Shown piece by piece: positions 8,383 through 17,014 of a stretch of DNA of 34,300 nt (position 1 is its first letter; the number at the start of each line of letters is the position of its first letter). Position numbers and translations under genes: made by a program. The notes under the pieces were generated by a model. That model searched no databases. It saw only the letters and a program-made list of their open reading frames with translations, and was not told the origin of the DNA. Origin of the DNA: Candidatus Bathyarchaeota archaeon (GTDB taxonomy: Archaea > Thermoproteota > Bathyarchaeia > Bathyarchaeales > Bathyarchaeaceae); the NCBI GenBank assembly GCA_020348865.1, contig CP070754.1, positions 873,947 through 908,246 on the forward strand, in the 5' to 3' direction.

Positions 8383-9135
8383 TCAATCCTCCAGAAACCT
8401 GTCCATCGTAACCGCGTTAGAATAGAAGTCTACAGCAAACGGCGTTAGGCTCGGATGATACTCCAGAATAAACTTCAGAGCTCCCCGAGACGCCCTCAAC
8501 CTTATAACAGTGCTTGCTCTTCCGAATAAAACTGATTTCAAGAATAGGCTTCTGCTCGAATGGCTCTGATGAAGACATGTGGCAACAATGATTGCTCGTC
8601 TTGTCAAAGCAAGTTCGGAAAGATGATGCGCCATTTTAATGAAGGTTTCTCTGCTCTGATCTTCGGGCACATCTCGATCTTGGAACAATCTAGTTACATC
8701 CGAGATGATCACAAGTTTGGATCTGTACCTTTTCAAAGCCTCCTCCAACTTCTCAAAAATCAACGGAGTCAGCTGATACGCCGTGAATGCCCTAGAAACT
8801 GAGATGTTCTCAAGCGCACGTTTTGGCTCCAAACTATATTTCTGCGCTATCGCTGAAACACTGTATGGATCAAAAGTGTTTCCGCAATCAACGTAAACCG
8901 CTCTACAATTTAGCCCTTCCTTTTTAATAGGCAGTTGACAACGAACACTCAGAAGGAACGAGAGCGTCTTACAGGTTGAATGCCCAAACAAAACCGCTAG
9001 TTTTCCTCTTTGGAAACCTGGAAAGCAATCATCTATCTCTGGGAGACCAAGAGCTAGCAATCCATTGGATTTTTCGGATAATGCAGTTGCGACGCACAAG
9101 GGATATGAACGAATGAATCTACGACTCATAAGCAT
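8383..9135 (-). CDS. Degenerate RadA/RecA-fold ATPase (PolB2-associated)
   Basis: LGLPEIDD, QLP...GL...AVYVDCGNTFDPY, NISVSRAFTAYQL, Walker B LVIISD. Walker A is degenerate (FGHSTCKT) and there is no N-terminal HhH domain. Confidence 0.85.
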   Translation of the reverse strand: MLMSRRFIRSYPLCVATALSEKSNGLLALGLPEIDDCFPGFQRGKLAVLFGHSTCKTLSFLLSVRCQLPIKKEGLNCRAVYVDCGNTFDPYSVSAIAQKYSLEPKRALENISVSRAFTAYQLTPLIFEKLEEALKRYRSKLVIISDVTRLFQDRDVPEDQSRETFIKMAHHLSELALTRRAIIVATCLHQSHSSRSLFLKSVLFGRASTVIRLRASRGALKFILEYHPSLTPFAVDFYSNAVTMDRFLED

Positions 9136-9155
9136 TTGGCAGAAAAATACTCAGG

Positions 9156-9259
9156 AGATTTAGAGACTTGGGTGAAAGTGAACCAATGTTGAAAATGCTC
9201 CACACATCACTAAACCCTAGTGTATGCATGTACATATGACAATCAGTGTTTCAGAAACT
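9156..9259 (-). promoter_or_regulatory. Putative promoter of the radA-like/polB2 operon with DNA-damage-response-like boxes
   Basis: On the minus strand: AGTTTC (9254-9259), ATTTTC (9191-9196), TTCACTTTCA (9173-9182), then a weak TATA-like CTAAAT about 25 nt before the ATG at 9135. Confidence 0.5.
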
Positions 9260-9356
9260 AATGGGATGCGTGCGCGCCTGCAAATCCTGAAGGATGAATC
9301 TAAGGTAGAATATATTGATCGAAATATTCGCTAGTCAAGACAAAAAAGGGAAGGAA

Positions 9357-9899
9357 TTAAGTCTCTTGCTTACTCCCACTGCTTATCCACCAGATAACAA
9401 AGATGCCTGCGGGAATCGCGACAATGAGTAGATCCCAGAGAATTGCTGTTAGCCAAGAATAAACCCAATCATCGAAGCTCCAGCTTTGAAATGGCAAATC
9501 CCATTTCCCATCAAACCACACTACAATCAGCCAAGTTATCAAGTTGAATAGTCCAAATCCGCCACTGCCCTCACTAGCTTTGGATGCACGCATGCGTTCG
9601 TCGTCAAGGAGTTTTCTGTACCATACAACATATACTACAATTACTAGTGGTATTACCCAGCTTCCAACAAAGATAAGTTCCCATAGAATCACATTTAGTA
9701 TGAAAGTGACAACATAGCCTACAGTCCACTCACCAAGCATCATTGGAACGAGCCCCGTTGTTTGTGCATCGGCAACCACCCATAAAAAGGTAAAAACCCC
9801 TGCAATCGTAGCTACTATGCCTGCGCTTATCATTAGCAATGTCGCTTTCCAATGTCTCTTCAAGAAATTCTTCCACACTTTATCGTTGTTTTTCGTCAT
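9357..9899 (-). CDS. Hypothetical multi-pass membrane protein
   Basis: 180 aa, about four hydrophobic Trp-rich segments. Confidence 0.75.
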   Translation of the reverse strand: MTKNNDKVWKNFLKRHWKATLLMISAGIVATIAGVFTFLWVVADAQTTGLVPMMLGEWTVGYVVTFILNVILWELIFVGSWVIPLVIVVYVVWYRKLLDDERMRASKASEGSGGFGLFNLITWLIVVWFDGKWDLPFQSWSFDDWVYSWLTAILWDLLIVAIPAGIFVIWWISSGSKQET

Positions 9900-10009
9900 T
9901 CCAAACGCCTTCTATTCAATCAAGTGTCTTCAAATGGAGAAGCATTCTATGACTTCGCTTTGATTCTTTATAAGGCTTTTCAGTTGAGGCGCGCGTGCCC
10001 GAGAGATTT

Positions 10010-11434
10010 TCACTCGTGTACGAGCCATCTGGGTTTTCCTTCTAGATATTCTGTCAGAAACTTCGCGAATTTGGGGTTGGATGAATACAGTCCTGCAACT
10101 TTTTCATTAACCATGACTTCGAGACTGTTTGGTATGGCTTGAGAAATCAGATGGGCTACGCCAACATGCCTTCCACCGTCTCTCAGTTTCTCGTTTAGCA
10201 GTTCTGCCACATCTGTGTATTCCCGTTTTATTTCTGCAACCCAGCGACTTCCCTCAACGTACGGTCCAGAGATTGTGTGCGATGCTCCAACATGTTTCTC
10301 GAGGAATCTTTTGCATTCTATCCTTTTCCGGATTGGAGGACCAAAATGCTTCTTTACAAGTGGAAGAAAGCGTTGTTCAACCTCGAAGATAAACATGTTT
10401 AGGTCTTCCTCATCCCCCCATGTGACGTCTCGAATAACGTCAAAATCGTTTTGTCGGAGCATTTTGCGCAGCGCCCGTTGGGATTTGTACAGTTGCCCCC
10501 ACAGAATGTCCGAAACCGTTTTCACTCCTCCGAGTTTCACAAAGACAATGGTTGATCCCCGAGTTTTCAAGGTGCTGACTAGGTCTTTGACTTTCAAAGG
10601 GGCGATATAATCTGGGGTAAAGAACCAGGAATCTGGGCGTTGAAGAAAAGCTCTTGATGCAATCACAAATTCATCCAATCTTTCCCTTCTCACTGCTGCC
10701 GCAACATTTCTTCCCTTGTCAACGGGATCTACCAGTACAAGTGGCTCTCCAAAGATCTTTTCCAACTCTCTTTCTCTTCCATCATAATGTTTTTCATAAT
10801 CAATGATTCTTTTTTCCTTCCAGTCTGCTACTGCCTTCAAGATTTTCATGAACGATCCGTAGTTGAGGGTGAGAAGCTCACAGAGGTATCCGCTGAACCC
10901 GCCAACCCTTATTTCCGCCCCATAGACACCGATGCCCTTCATAAATTTCTTCAGGAGCCTAACCTCTCCACGAGTTGTCTCATCGAGGAGAGGCTTCACA
11001 TAATCCGTATGAAATGGAGTTCTATCGGTAGCGCTGATCCACTCACCTCGCTCCACTTGATAGCATGGAACTATATTCACTCGTACACCGTCTACGACAG
11101 ATTCAAGATAGGGATGTTCAGCGAATCTTTCGATCTGTTTGAAACCTTCCGTGGCTTTTCTAGCGATTTCCAAGCAGGTGGTCCCGAAAGATTCGCGTGG
11201 CATGGTAGTTGGCACACGCATGAAAATATCTACGTCGGGCTCCTTGCTTAGCCAAGTATCTTTTGCTACTGACCCCTCAACCCTCACCTTAACATCTAAT
11301 CCAGCTTCTTTAGCTACAACCATCACATTATTTGTCAGCCTGTCGGCTAACTTGAGAGTATTCCTTCTCTCTCTATCGCTTGGAGTGACCTTTCTCAGCA
11401 CATCTGCACAAACTTCTTCAAAGGTTGAGCCCAA
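10010..11434 (-). CDS. cca: Archaeal (class I) CCA-adding enzyme
   Basis: GSVAKDTWL..PDVDIF, AEHPY, SATDRTPFH, YGAE..VGGFSGYLCELL, DPVD..RNVAAA. Start moved to TTG 11434 (GGTGA Shine-Dalgarno) to avoid overlap with thpR. Confidence 0.95.
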   Translation of the reverse strand: MGSTFEEVCADVLRKVTPSDRERRNTLKLADRLTNNVMVVAKEAGLDVKVRVEGSVAKDTWLSKEPDVDIFMRVPTTMPRESFGTTCLEIARKATEGFKQIERFAEHPYLESVVDGVRVNIVPCYQVERGEWISATDRTPFHTDYVKPLLDETTRGEVRLLKKFMKGIGVYGAEIRVGGFSGYLCELLTLNYGSFMKILKAVADWKEKRIIDYEKHYDGRERELEKIFGEPLVLVDPVDKGRNVAAAVRRERLDEFVIASRAFLQRPDSWFFTPDYIAPLKVKDLVSTLKTRGSTIVFVKLGGVKTVSDILWGQLYKSQRALRKMLRQNDFDVIRDVTWGDEEDLNMFIFEVEQRFLPLVKKHFGPPIRKRIECKRFLEKHVGASHTISGPYVEGSRWVAEIKREYTDVAELLNEKLRDGGRHVGVAHLISQAIPNSLEVMVNEKVAGLYSSNPKFAKFLTEYLEGKPRWLVHE

Positions 11435-11466
11435 ATACGTCACCAGATGAACCTGTCTTTCATGTC

Positions 11467-12030
11467 TCAATGAGAGGTTTCTCTTAAGGTCGAGTAGATA
11501 GGTCCTTTTGGGGTTAAGACGCTCTTTTTCAGCTTCAAGCAATTAGCTCCAAGAATCCCAAATCTGAATTCCGCAAGCTCTTCAATACATCGCGCAAGTT
11601 CAGCTTTGTTGCGTCCTGTTCTTACACGCGCGATTGTGAGATGCGGACTGAATCCTTTCCTGTCTGGTTTAAAGCCTAGTTTCTGGAGGCTTGGTTCAAG
11701 TTTACTGGAGATGTTTGAAAGCGCTTCTGCACCTTTTCGAATCCCAGCCCAAACAACTCTTGCGTATTTCAGACTTGGAAACGCGCCAAGGCCTAGGATT
11801 TCAACGTCAAAAGGAGTAAATGAAACCTTGTTCATTTCGTTATGGATTGCGTCAACCATGTTGAAGGAAATGTTTCCAAGGAATCGCATTGTGATGTGCA
11901 CATTCCGTGGTTGAACAAGCTTCAGATTTGCGCCCGTATTAGCGAGGTGGCCTTGAGCCTCTGAAAGCTTTCTAAGCACAGGCTCGCTATCAATGTCGAA
12001 AGCGATAAAACTTCGAATTCTCTCTGACAT
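11467..12030 (-). CDS. thpR: RNA 2',3'-cyclic phosphodiesterase (2H family, ThpR/LigT)
   Basis: R.FIA, HITMRFLG and PHLTIARVR 2H motifs, S.LTPKGPIY. Confidence 0.95.
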   Translation of the reverse strand: MSERIRSFIAFDIDSEPVLRKLSEAQGHLANTGANLKLVQPRNVHITMRFLGNISFNMVDAIHNEMNKVSFTPFDVEILGLGAFPSLKYARVVWAGIRKGAEALSNISSKLEPSLQKLGFKPDRKGFSPHLTIARVRTGRNKAELARCIEELAEFRFGILGANCLKLKKSVLTPKGPIYSTLRETSH

Positions 12031-12134
12031 GTGGAATCATTCCACCGACACTCCGAAATCTATTGTTATGTCTCGTTTAAAGGTTTTAAGTCGAGCACAT
12101 AGATACATCTACAACATGCGGGTATGATGGGGCA

Positions 12135-12698
12135 ATGAAGAGAAAAGCTGTTGTAGGCGTAGCTGGGATGCCAGGCTCTGGAAAAGCTGCAGTCAAAGAA
12201 ATCGTCAGAGAAATGGGTTATTCAGTGATAATCATGGGAGACGCGATACGTGAAGAGGCTGAGCGAAGGAAATTGAAGCCCACCCAAGAAATCCTTGGTC
12301 AACTCATGCTCGAGCTACGGAAGGACAAAGGTGAAGCTGTGGTAGCCAAACGATGCATTCCAAAAATCGAGCTTGCGGAAGAAAAGGTCGTTTTTGTTGA
12401 TGGAATTCGAAGCTTGCATGAGGTCAACGAGTTTAGGAAACACTTCTGGAAATTCTTCCTCATTGCAATTCACACGTCGCCCAGAACGAGGTTTCAACGC
12501 CTCTTCAGGAGGAAGCGAAGCGACGACCCAAAGAGCTGGGAAGCTTTCGTGGAACGCGATTCACGGGAGCTCAATGTTGGTCTAGGCGACGCTATAGCAA
12601 TGGCCGATTACATGCTACCAAATGAAGGAACAAGGAAGCAGCTGAAAAGAGAAATGCGTAGAGTCTTGGGGAGTGTATTAGCGAAGTGGATGAAATAG
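12135..12698 (+). CDS. UPF0200 P-loop nucleotide kinase (CoaE-like)
   Basis: GMPGSGK, MGDAIREEA, VDGIRS..E, R.RSDD, RD.REL..GLG.AIAMAD. Confidence 0.85.
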   Translation: MKRKAVVGVAGMPGSGKAAVKEIVREMGYSVIIMGDAIREEAERRKLKPTQEILGQLMLELRKDKGEAVVAKRCIPKIELAEEKVVFVDGIRSLHEVNEFRKHFWKFFLIAIHTSPRTRFQRLFRRKRSDDPKSWEAFVERDSRELNVGLGDAIAMADYMLPNEGTRKQLKREMRRVLGSVLAKWMK

Positions 12699-13168
12699 AC
12701 GTCCTAGTTGAAACTAAGGTCAATCCGACTGAAGACTTAGAAAAAGTGAAGAGAGCAGTGGAAAATATCTTTGGGGACATGAAGTTTGATGTCGTGCCTG
12801 AAAGACGGGGCGGTCTGCTCGTTGCAAAGGCTCAGGGAATCGGTGTCCTTGCAGAGCTTCGTGAAATGCTCCGCAGAGAGAGAATCCGCGCTGCTGCACG
12901 TCGTGTTTTTCTTGAAAAGCTGACTGAGAAATCCCTAACCTTCTATCTTAACAAGCAAGTTGCATATGTGAGCCACATTTCGTTCTCAAAACCTGTTGGA
13001 GAATCACCGCTAGGCCCCATCAAGGTTCAGATTCGCTGTGACAACCCGCAGAAACTGATTGAATGGCTAGCTCCGAGGACGCTCAAGCCTAAACGGAAAA
13101 GAGCACGCGCTTATGCATCTGGAAAAGGAATGTCAAATCTCATCAAATCTTCCGCCACATTCACTTGA
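12686..13168 (+). CDS. UPF0201 family putative RNA-binding protein
   Basis: V.PTED.EKV.RAV.NIF, LNKQVAY, ESPLGPI.V.I, IEWLAP; overlaps the UPF0200 stop. Confidence 0.85.
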   Translation: MDEIDVLVETKVNPTEDLEKVKRAVENIFGDMKFDVVPERRGGLLVAKAQGIGVLAELREMLRRERIRAAARRVFLEKLTEKSLTFYLNKQVAYVSHISFSKPVGESPLGPIKVQIRCDNPQKLIEWLAPRTLKPKRKRARAYASGKGMSNLIKSSATFT

Positions 13169-14034
13169 GGAAATGTTTTCTTCGCTTGTTCAAGCAAGAG
13201 ATCAGCAGTCTTATATCGAGCGCTGATATGAGTTAGAATCAACCACTTAGCTTTGGCTCTCTTTGCAGTATTCGCTGCTTGACTAGGCGTTGAGTGTCCG
13301 TCCTCCTCAGCTCTCTCACGCAATTCATCATCAAATGTGGCTTCATGAATCAACAGGTTCGCACCTTCAGCGAACCTTGCGATAGTCTCCAGAAACTTAG
13401 TGTCACCGGTATAGACGATTTTCCTTCCTGGACGTGGACGACCTAGGACTTCTTCAGGCTTGACAATTCGTCCATTTGGAAGTTCGACGGCTGAACCGCG
13501 CTGAAGTTTTGACCATAACGGACCCTCCGGAACCCCTGAAGCTTTGGCTTTCTCTGGATGAAACCTCCCAGGTCGAGGCTTTTCCACCAGCGCGTAGGCT
13601 AGGTTTGGAATCACATGTTCCACCCAAATTGCCTCTACATTGTATTCTTCTTCCGCACAAATCACACCAGAGCCCTCAACCTCACAAATATCTAAGGGAA
13701 AAGTGAGCACAAACTGAACGGTTCGTTCAATTGCTTTCACAAATGCTTTGATTCCTGAAGGGCCATAGATTTCCAGTTTCTTTTCCCTATCCAACAAAGA
13801 CATCGTTTGAAGAAGCCCGGGCAAACCAAGCAAGTGGTCTCCATGCATGTGTGTGATGAAAACCTTCATTTTCCGGTGAAAACTCACCCTGGCATTGATC
13901 ATCTGCCTTTGAATACCCTCACCACAATCAAACAGAAAGAGTTCGCCTTCTCGTTGCACAACAACAGCTGGCAAGTTTCTCTGAGACGTTGGGATGCTTC
14001 CCGCTGTTCCCAAGAAGATGCCACGTAAACTCAC
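13111..14034 (-). CDS. rnz: Ribonuclease Z (tRNA 3' processing)
   Basis: FLGTAGSIPT..RN, DCGEG, THMHGDHLLG, GP exosite (GVPEGP), YTGDT, HEATF, HST, THISARY. Confidence 0.95.
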   Translation of the reverse strand: MSLRGIFLGTAGSIPTSQRNLPAVVVQREGELFLFDCGEGIQRQMINARVSFHRKMKVFITHMHGDHLLGLPGLLQTMSLLDREKKLEIYGPSGIKAFVKAIERTVQFVLTFPLDICEVEGSGVICAEEEYNVEAIWVEHVIPNLAYALVEKPRPGRFHPEKAKASGVPEGPLWSKLQRGSAVELPNGRIVKPEEVLGRPRPGRKIVYTGDTKFLETIARFAEGANLLIHEATFDDELRERAEEDGHSTPSQAANTAKRAKAKWLILTHISARYKTADLLLEQAKKTFPQVNVAEDLMRFDIPFPDA

Positions 14035-14035
14035 T

Positions 14036-15073
14036 TCAAGTCCTCTCGAACACGACTACCTCTCTTGTCAAGCTTCTGTGCACGTAAATAAGATGAGACT
14101 CCACACGCTTAAAACCTAACTGCTGGCCGACTTCACTTATCTCTATTGATTTCGGAGAGGCCATACAGATTCGCCTCCCCTTCGGAAGTGTCTCGTCAAC
14201 CGCTGATAGCATATCCTCAACAATCTGCCGAGTTTTCTGTCCACGTGTTGTTGCCAATTTACCGTAGGGAGGATCTGTAACAATACAGTCAATCTTGGCT
14301 ATTGGAAGATGCTTGGCATCTGCACATGCCATCCCCTCTGGTTCCACACCGTAGTAGAGAAGGTTCCGGAAACTCCCTATCACCATGCGCGGTTGTACAT
14401 CAAGTCCGATCACACGGCAATCCATCAACCCTGCTTCAACAAGCACTGTACCCGTGCCACAGAAAGGATCGAGCACCAGCTCTCCTGCTTTCGGCTGTGC
14501 CAAGTTCACCATACACCTCGCAAGCTTCGCAGGCATAGCTGACGGATGAAAGAAGGGTCGCTTTCTGGGGCCACGCGCAACAAATGGAGTTGGCAGAACA
14601 TCAGCCAGCTTCAAGCCGAAAACAAACCGGGGACCTGTCAATATCCCGAAAAAGACCTTTTGAGGCGCCCTCAAGCTGACTTTTGCACCTTGGACTTTGT
14701 CTAGAATCAACTCACCAAGTTTTCGTTCCAGTTCCAATCTTAGAGCGGGTGAACCGCTACCCTTGACTCTTCTCACGCGAACAACGAAAGTTTCATCTCG
14801 TTCAATTACATTGTCGAAAGATGCGGAACTCATCTCTTTCTTGATTGTGGCAACGGTGGCTTGACAATTCAACAGTTCCAAGCCACAGACTCGAGTCATG
14901 GCAGATTTTGACGTAACTGATTTCACACTGTCCAAACTTGTCTTCACACAAAGAACTTGAGGCAGTTTCCCCAAAACTCTGTATTCGTGGTCTTCCGTTT
15001 CCAAAATAGATTGGAGCTCTGCCTGAGGTAGAGTTGGATGTTCGCCTGAAAGCAGGAAGAAAAGCCTAGCCAC
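14036..15073 (-). CDS. trm11: tRNA (guanine(10)-N2)-methyltransferase, THUMP plus MTase
   Basis: LSGEHPTLP.AE, RPFFHPSAMPAKLARCMVNL, LDPFCGTG, TDPPYG, YVHRSLTR. Confidence 0.9.
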   Translation of the reverse strand: MARLFFLLSGEHPTLPQAELQSILETEDHEYRVLGKLPQVLCVKTSLDSVKSVTSKSAMTRVCGLELLNCQATVATIKKEMSSASFDNVIERDETFVVRVRRVKGSGSPALRLELERKLGELILDKVQGAKVSLRAPQKVFFGILTGPRFVFGLKLADVLPTPFVARGPRKRPFFHPSAMPAKLARCMVNLAQPKAGELVLDPFCGTGTVLVEAGLMDCRVIGLDVQPRMVIGSFRNLLYYGVEPEGMACADAKHLPIAKIDCIVTDPPYGKLATTRGQKTRQIVEDMLSAVDETLPKGRRICMASPKSIEISEVGQQLGFKRVESHLIYVHRSLTREVVVFERT

Positions 15074-15075
15074 GC

Positions 15076-15957
15076 TTAGACTCCTCTTCCAGCAAGTGCT
15101 TCGGCGATCAATGGGGCAACCGAAACGACACCAACAGAGCTAGGAACGCAGTCCGTACCTACGATTTCGTCAGCGCCACTTTTCAAGATTCCCTCTTTCG
15201 AGTTTCCGACTAGAAGCGGATGTACACACGCTGCAAACACTTTTTCAGCACCTTCAGCCTTGGTCAGTTCAACTGCTTTAATCATTGTCCCACCGCTGCT
15301 GATGATGTCATCAAATATTATTACGTTGCGATTCGCTACTGACAAATTCTCTCTCTCAAGTGCAACTTTTCCAGTTATTCGATTTCTGTGAGTTGAGATA
15401 CACCCGTATCCACCCTTCAACACCTCGTTCGCTTGCATCGCTATGTTCAACGCTTTCTTGCCGAGCGATAGAGAGAACGCTCCGTCGAAGCCTTTCTTCT
15501 TGAAGTACTTGGCTAGCAGGTGGATGGCTGATAGATCATCAATGTGGATTCTAGAGGTCTTCAGTATTCTTGGATTGTGAGAGTTTACAGTGATTATTCT
15601 GTTTACGCCACACGCGTCAAGAAGCGCCACCAACGTCTTGAAGCTGAAAGCTTCACCTGATCTGAACCGTTTGTCCTGTCTTCCATATGCAAGATACGGA
15701 ACAACCAGAGTGATGCTCTTCGCTTTTTGATCCTTTGCATTATCCGCCATGATAAAAAGCTGAATCAAACGTTCATCTTGAGGGGGGCTCGTTGTCTGAA
15801 CGATAACCACATCCTCATTCTCTACGTCTCCATCAAAGCGTATGTAAGATTCTCCGTCGGGAAAACGTTTGAACTCTACTGGAACTGTCTTGACCTCCAA
15901 CAAGTCTGCGATTCTGCGTCCTAGCTTCAAGGATGCTGGACCAGGAATTACCATCAA
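15076..15957 (-). CDS. prs: Ribose-phosphate pyrophosphokinase (divergent)
   Basis: FPDGESYIR, PYLAYGRQDKRF..GE, DDIISSGGTM, ACVHPL. The PDxG and KxR motifs appear altered. Confidence 0.85.
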   Translation of the reverse strand: MMVIPGPASLKLGRRIADLLEVKTVPVEFKRFPDGESYIRFDGDVENEDVVIVQTTSPPQDERLIQLFIMADNAKDQKAKSITLVVPYLAYGRQDKRFRSGEAFSFKTLVALLDACGVNRIITVNSHNPRILKTSRIHIDDLSAIHLLAKYFKKKGFDGAFSLSLGKKALNIAMQANEVLKGGYGCISTHRNRITGKVALERENLSVANRNVIIFDDIISSGGTMIKAVELTKAEGAEKVFAACVHPLLVGNSKEGILKSGADEIVGTDCVPSSVGVVSVAPLIAEALAGRGV

Positions 15958-16107
15958 TGTTTATTCCCGTGAAGAAAATAGCATTGTACCCAGAATTATA
16001 ACTATCGTTCACACTGCCCACATGCACGGTCAGCTCACCAACGTTACAAGCAGATTTAAGAGGATAACTTCTAATCTGACCATAAATCATAGAAACCTAT
16101 CATTTCT

Positions 16108-17013
16108 ATGAGGCGAAATCATATGGATGAGAAGCTGAGAGCCTTTCTGAAGGTCATTGGGGTCTTCCTAATCTTAACCGGAATATGGGCTCTCTATCGG
16201 CTGTGGTCTGTAGACCTGATTATTCATAATGGCGAGATTAGCTGGGAAATATTCTTCGCGACACAAATTGCTTTTCAGCCATTACTAACATTATTACCAA
16301 TATTTCTCATCGTTCGGTTCTTAGAAAGAAGGAGAATATGGTCGATAGGGCTGTCAAGGCAGAAACTCGTTAGAAACGCGTTCTTCGGGATTTTTCTCTC
16401 TTTGTTCAAGAGTTTCTTGTATCTTTGCCTTTCATATGTTCTCTTTGTTCCTTTAGGGGCAGGCCCGATAGCATTTGATGCAAATCCTGACAACCTAGGC
16501 CTGGCATCAATCTTCCTAATGCCTTTGACTTTCATCTTGGTCGTTGGTCCCTCAGAGGAAATAGAAAGTCGAGGATACTTTCAGACACGTTTACACGAAC
16601 ACTTTGGTCCGAGATTCTCGATAACCTTTCCTTCGTTGCTCTTCGCTTTAGCGCATATTCCAATAGATATACTAATCTGGCGATATGATGTTTGGACGAT
16701 ACTGTTCCATCTGTTAGGGGTCTTTATATCTGGATCTCTAATGGGCTATCTTTACTATCGGAGTGGTGTACTGGCTGGGCCAATTTTTCTGCATGCTTTT
16801 CAGGATATACAATCCTCCACACTCAGCTTCAGTTTTGACTACCAAAGACTTGGTCTGGAACTTCGTTACGGAATCGAAGGTGTAACCTGGGCGATTGCCA
16901 CAACACTCACCTTTCTGCTCATCCGCTTCTCAACATCTAAACTGGGCCTAGCAATGGAGAGTCTTCCGTGGAAAACTACGGCAGCTCAACAGAATGAGAA
17001 AAGAGGAGACTGA
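16108..17013 (+). CDS. CPBP (CAAX protease/Abi) family intramembrane metalloprotease
   Basis: EEIESRG, FALAH and LHAFQD motifs; multiple TM segments. Confidence 0.85.
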   Translation: MRRNHMDEKLRAFLKVIGVFLILTGIWALYRLWSVDLIIHNGEISWEIFFATQIAFQPLLTLLPIFLIVRFLERRRIWSIGLSRQKLVRNAFFGIFLSLFKSFLYLCLSYVLFVPLGAGPIAFDANPDNLGLASIFLMPLTFILVVGPSEEIESRGYFQTRLHEHFGPRFSITFPSLLFALAHIPIDILIWRYDVWTILFHLLGVFISGSLMGYLYYRSGVLAGPIFLHAFQDIQSSTLSFSFDYQRLGLELRYGIEGVTWAIATTLTFLLIRFSTSKLGLAMESLPWKTTAAQQNEKRGD

Positions 17014-17014
17014 A

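Noticed and set aside
11435-11542. N-terminal extension of the CCA-adding enzyme
   Set aside because: It overlaps thpR; a TTG with a GGTGA Shine-Dalgarno at 11434 gives the normal length.
16108-17013. CPBP/Abi protein as an anti-phage system
   Set aside because: The family name alone does not imply defence, and no defence genes are adjacent.
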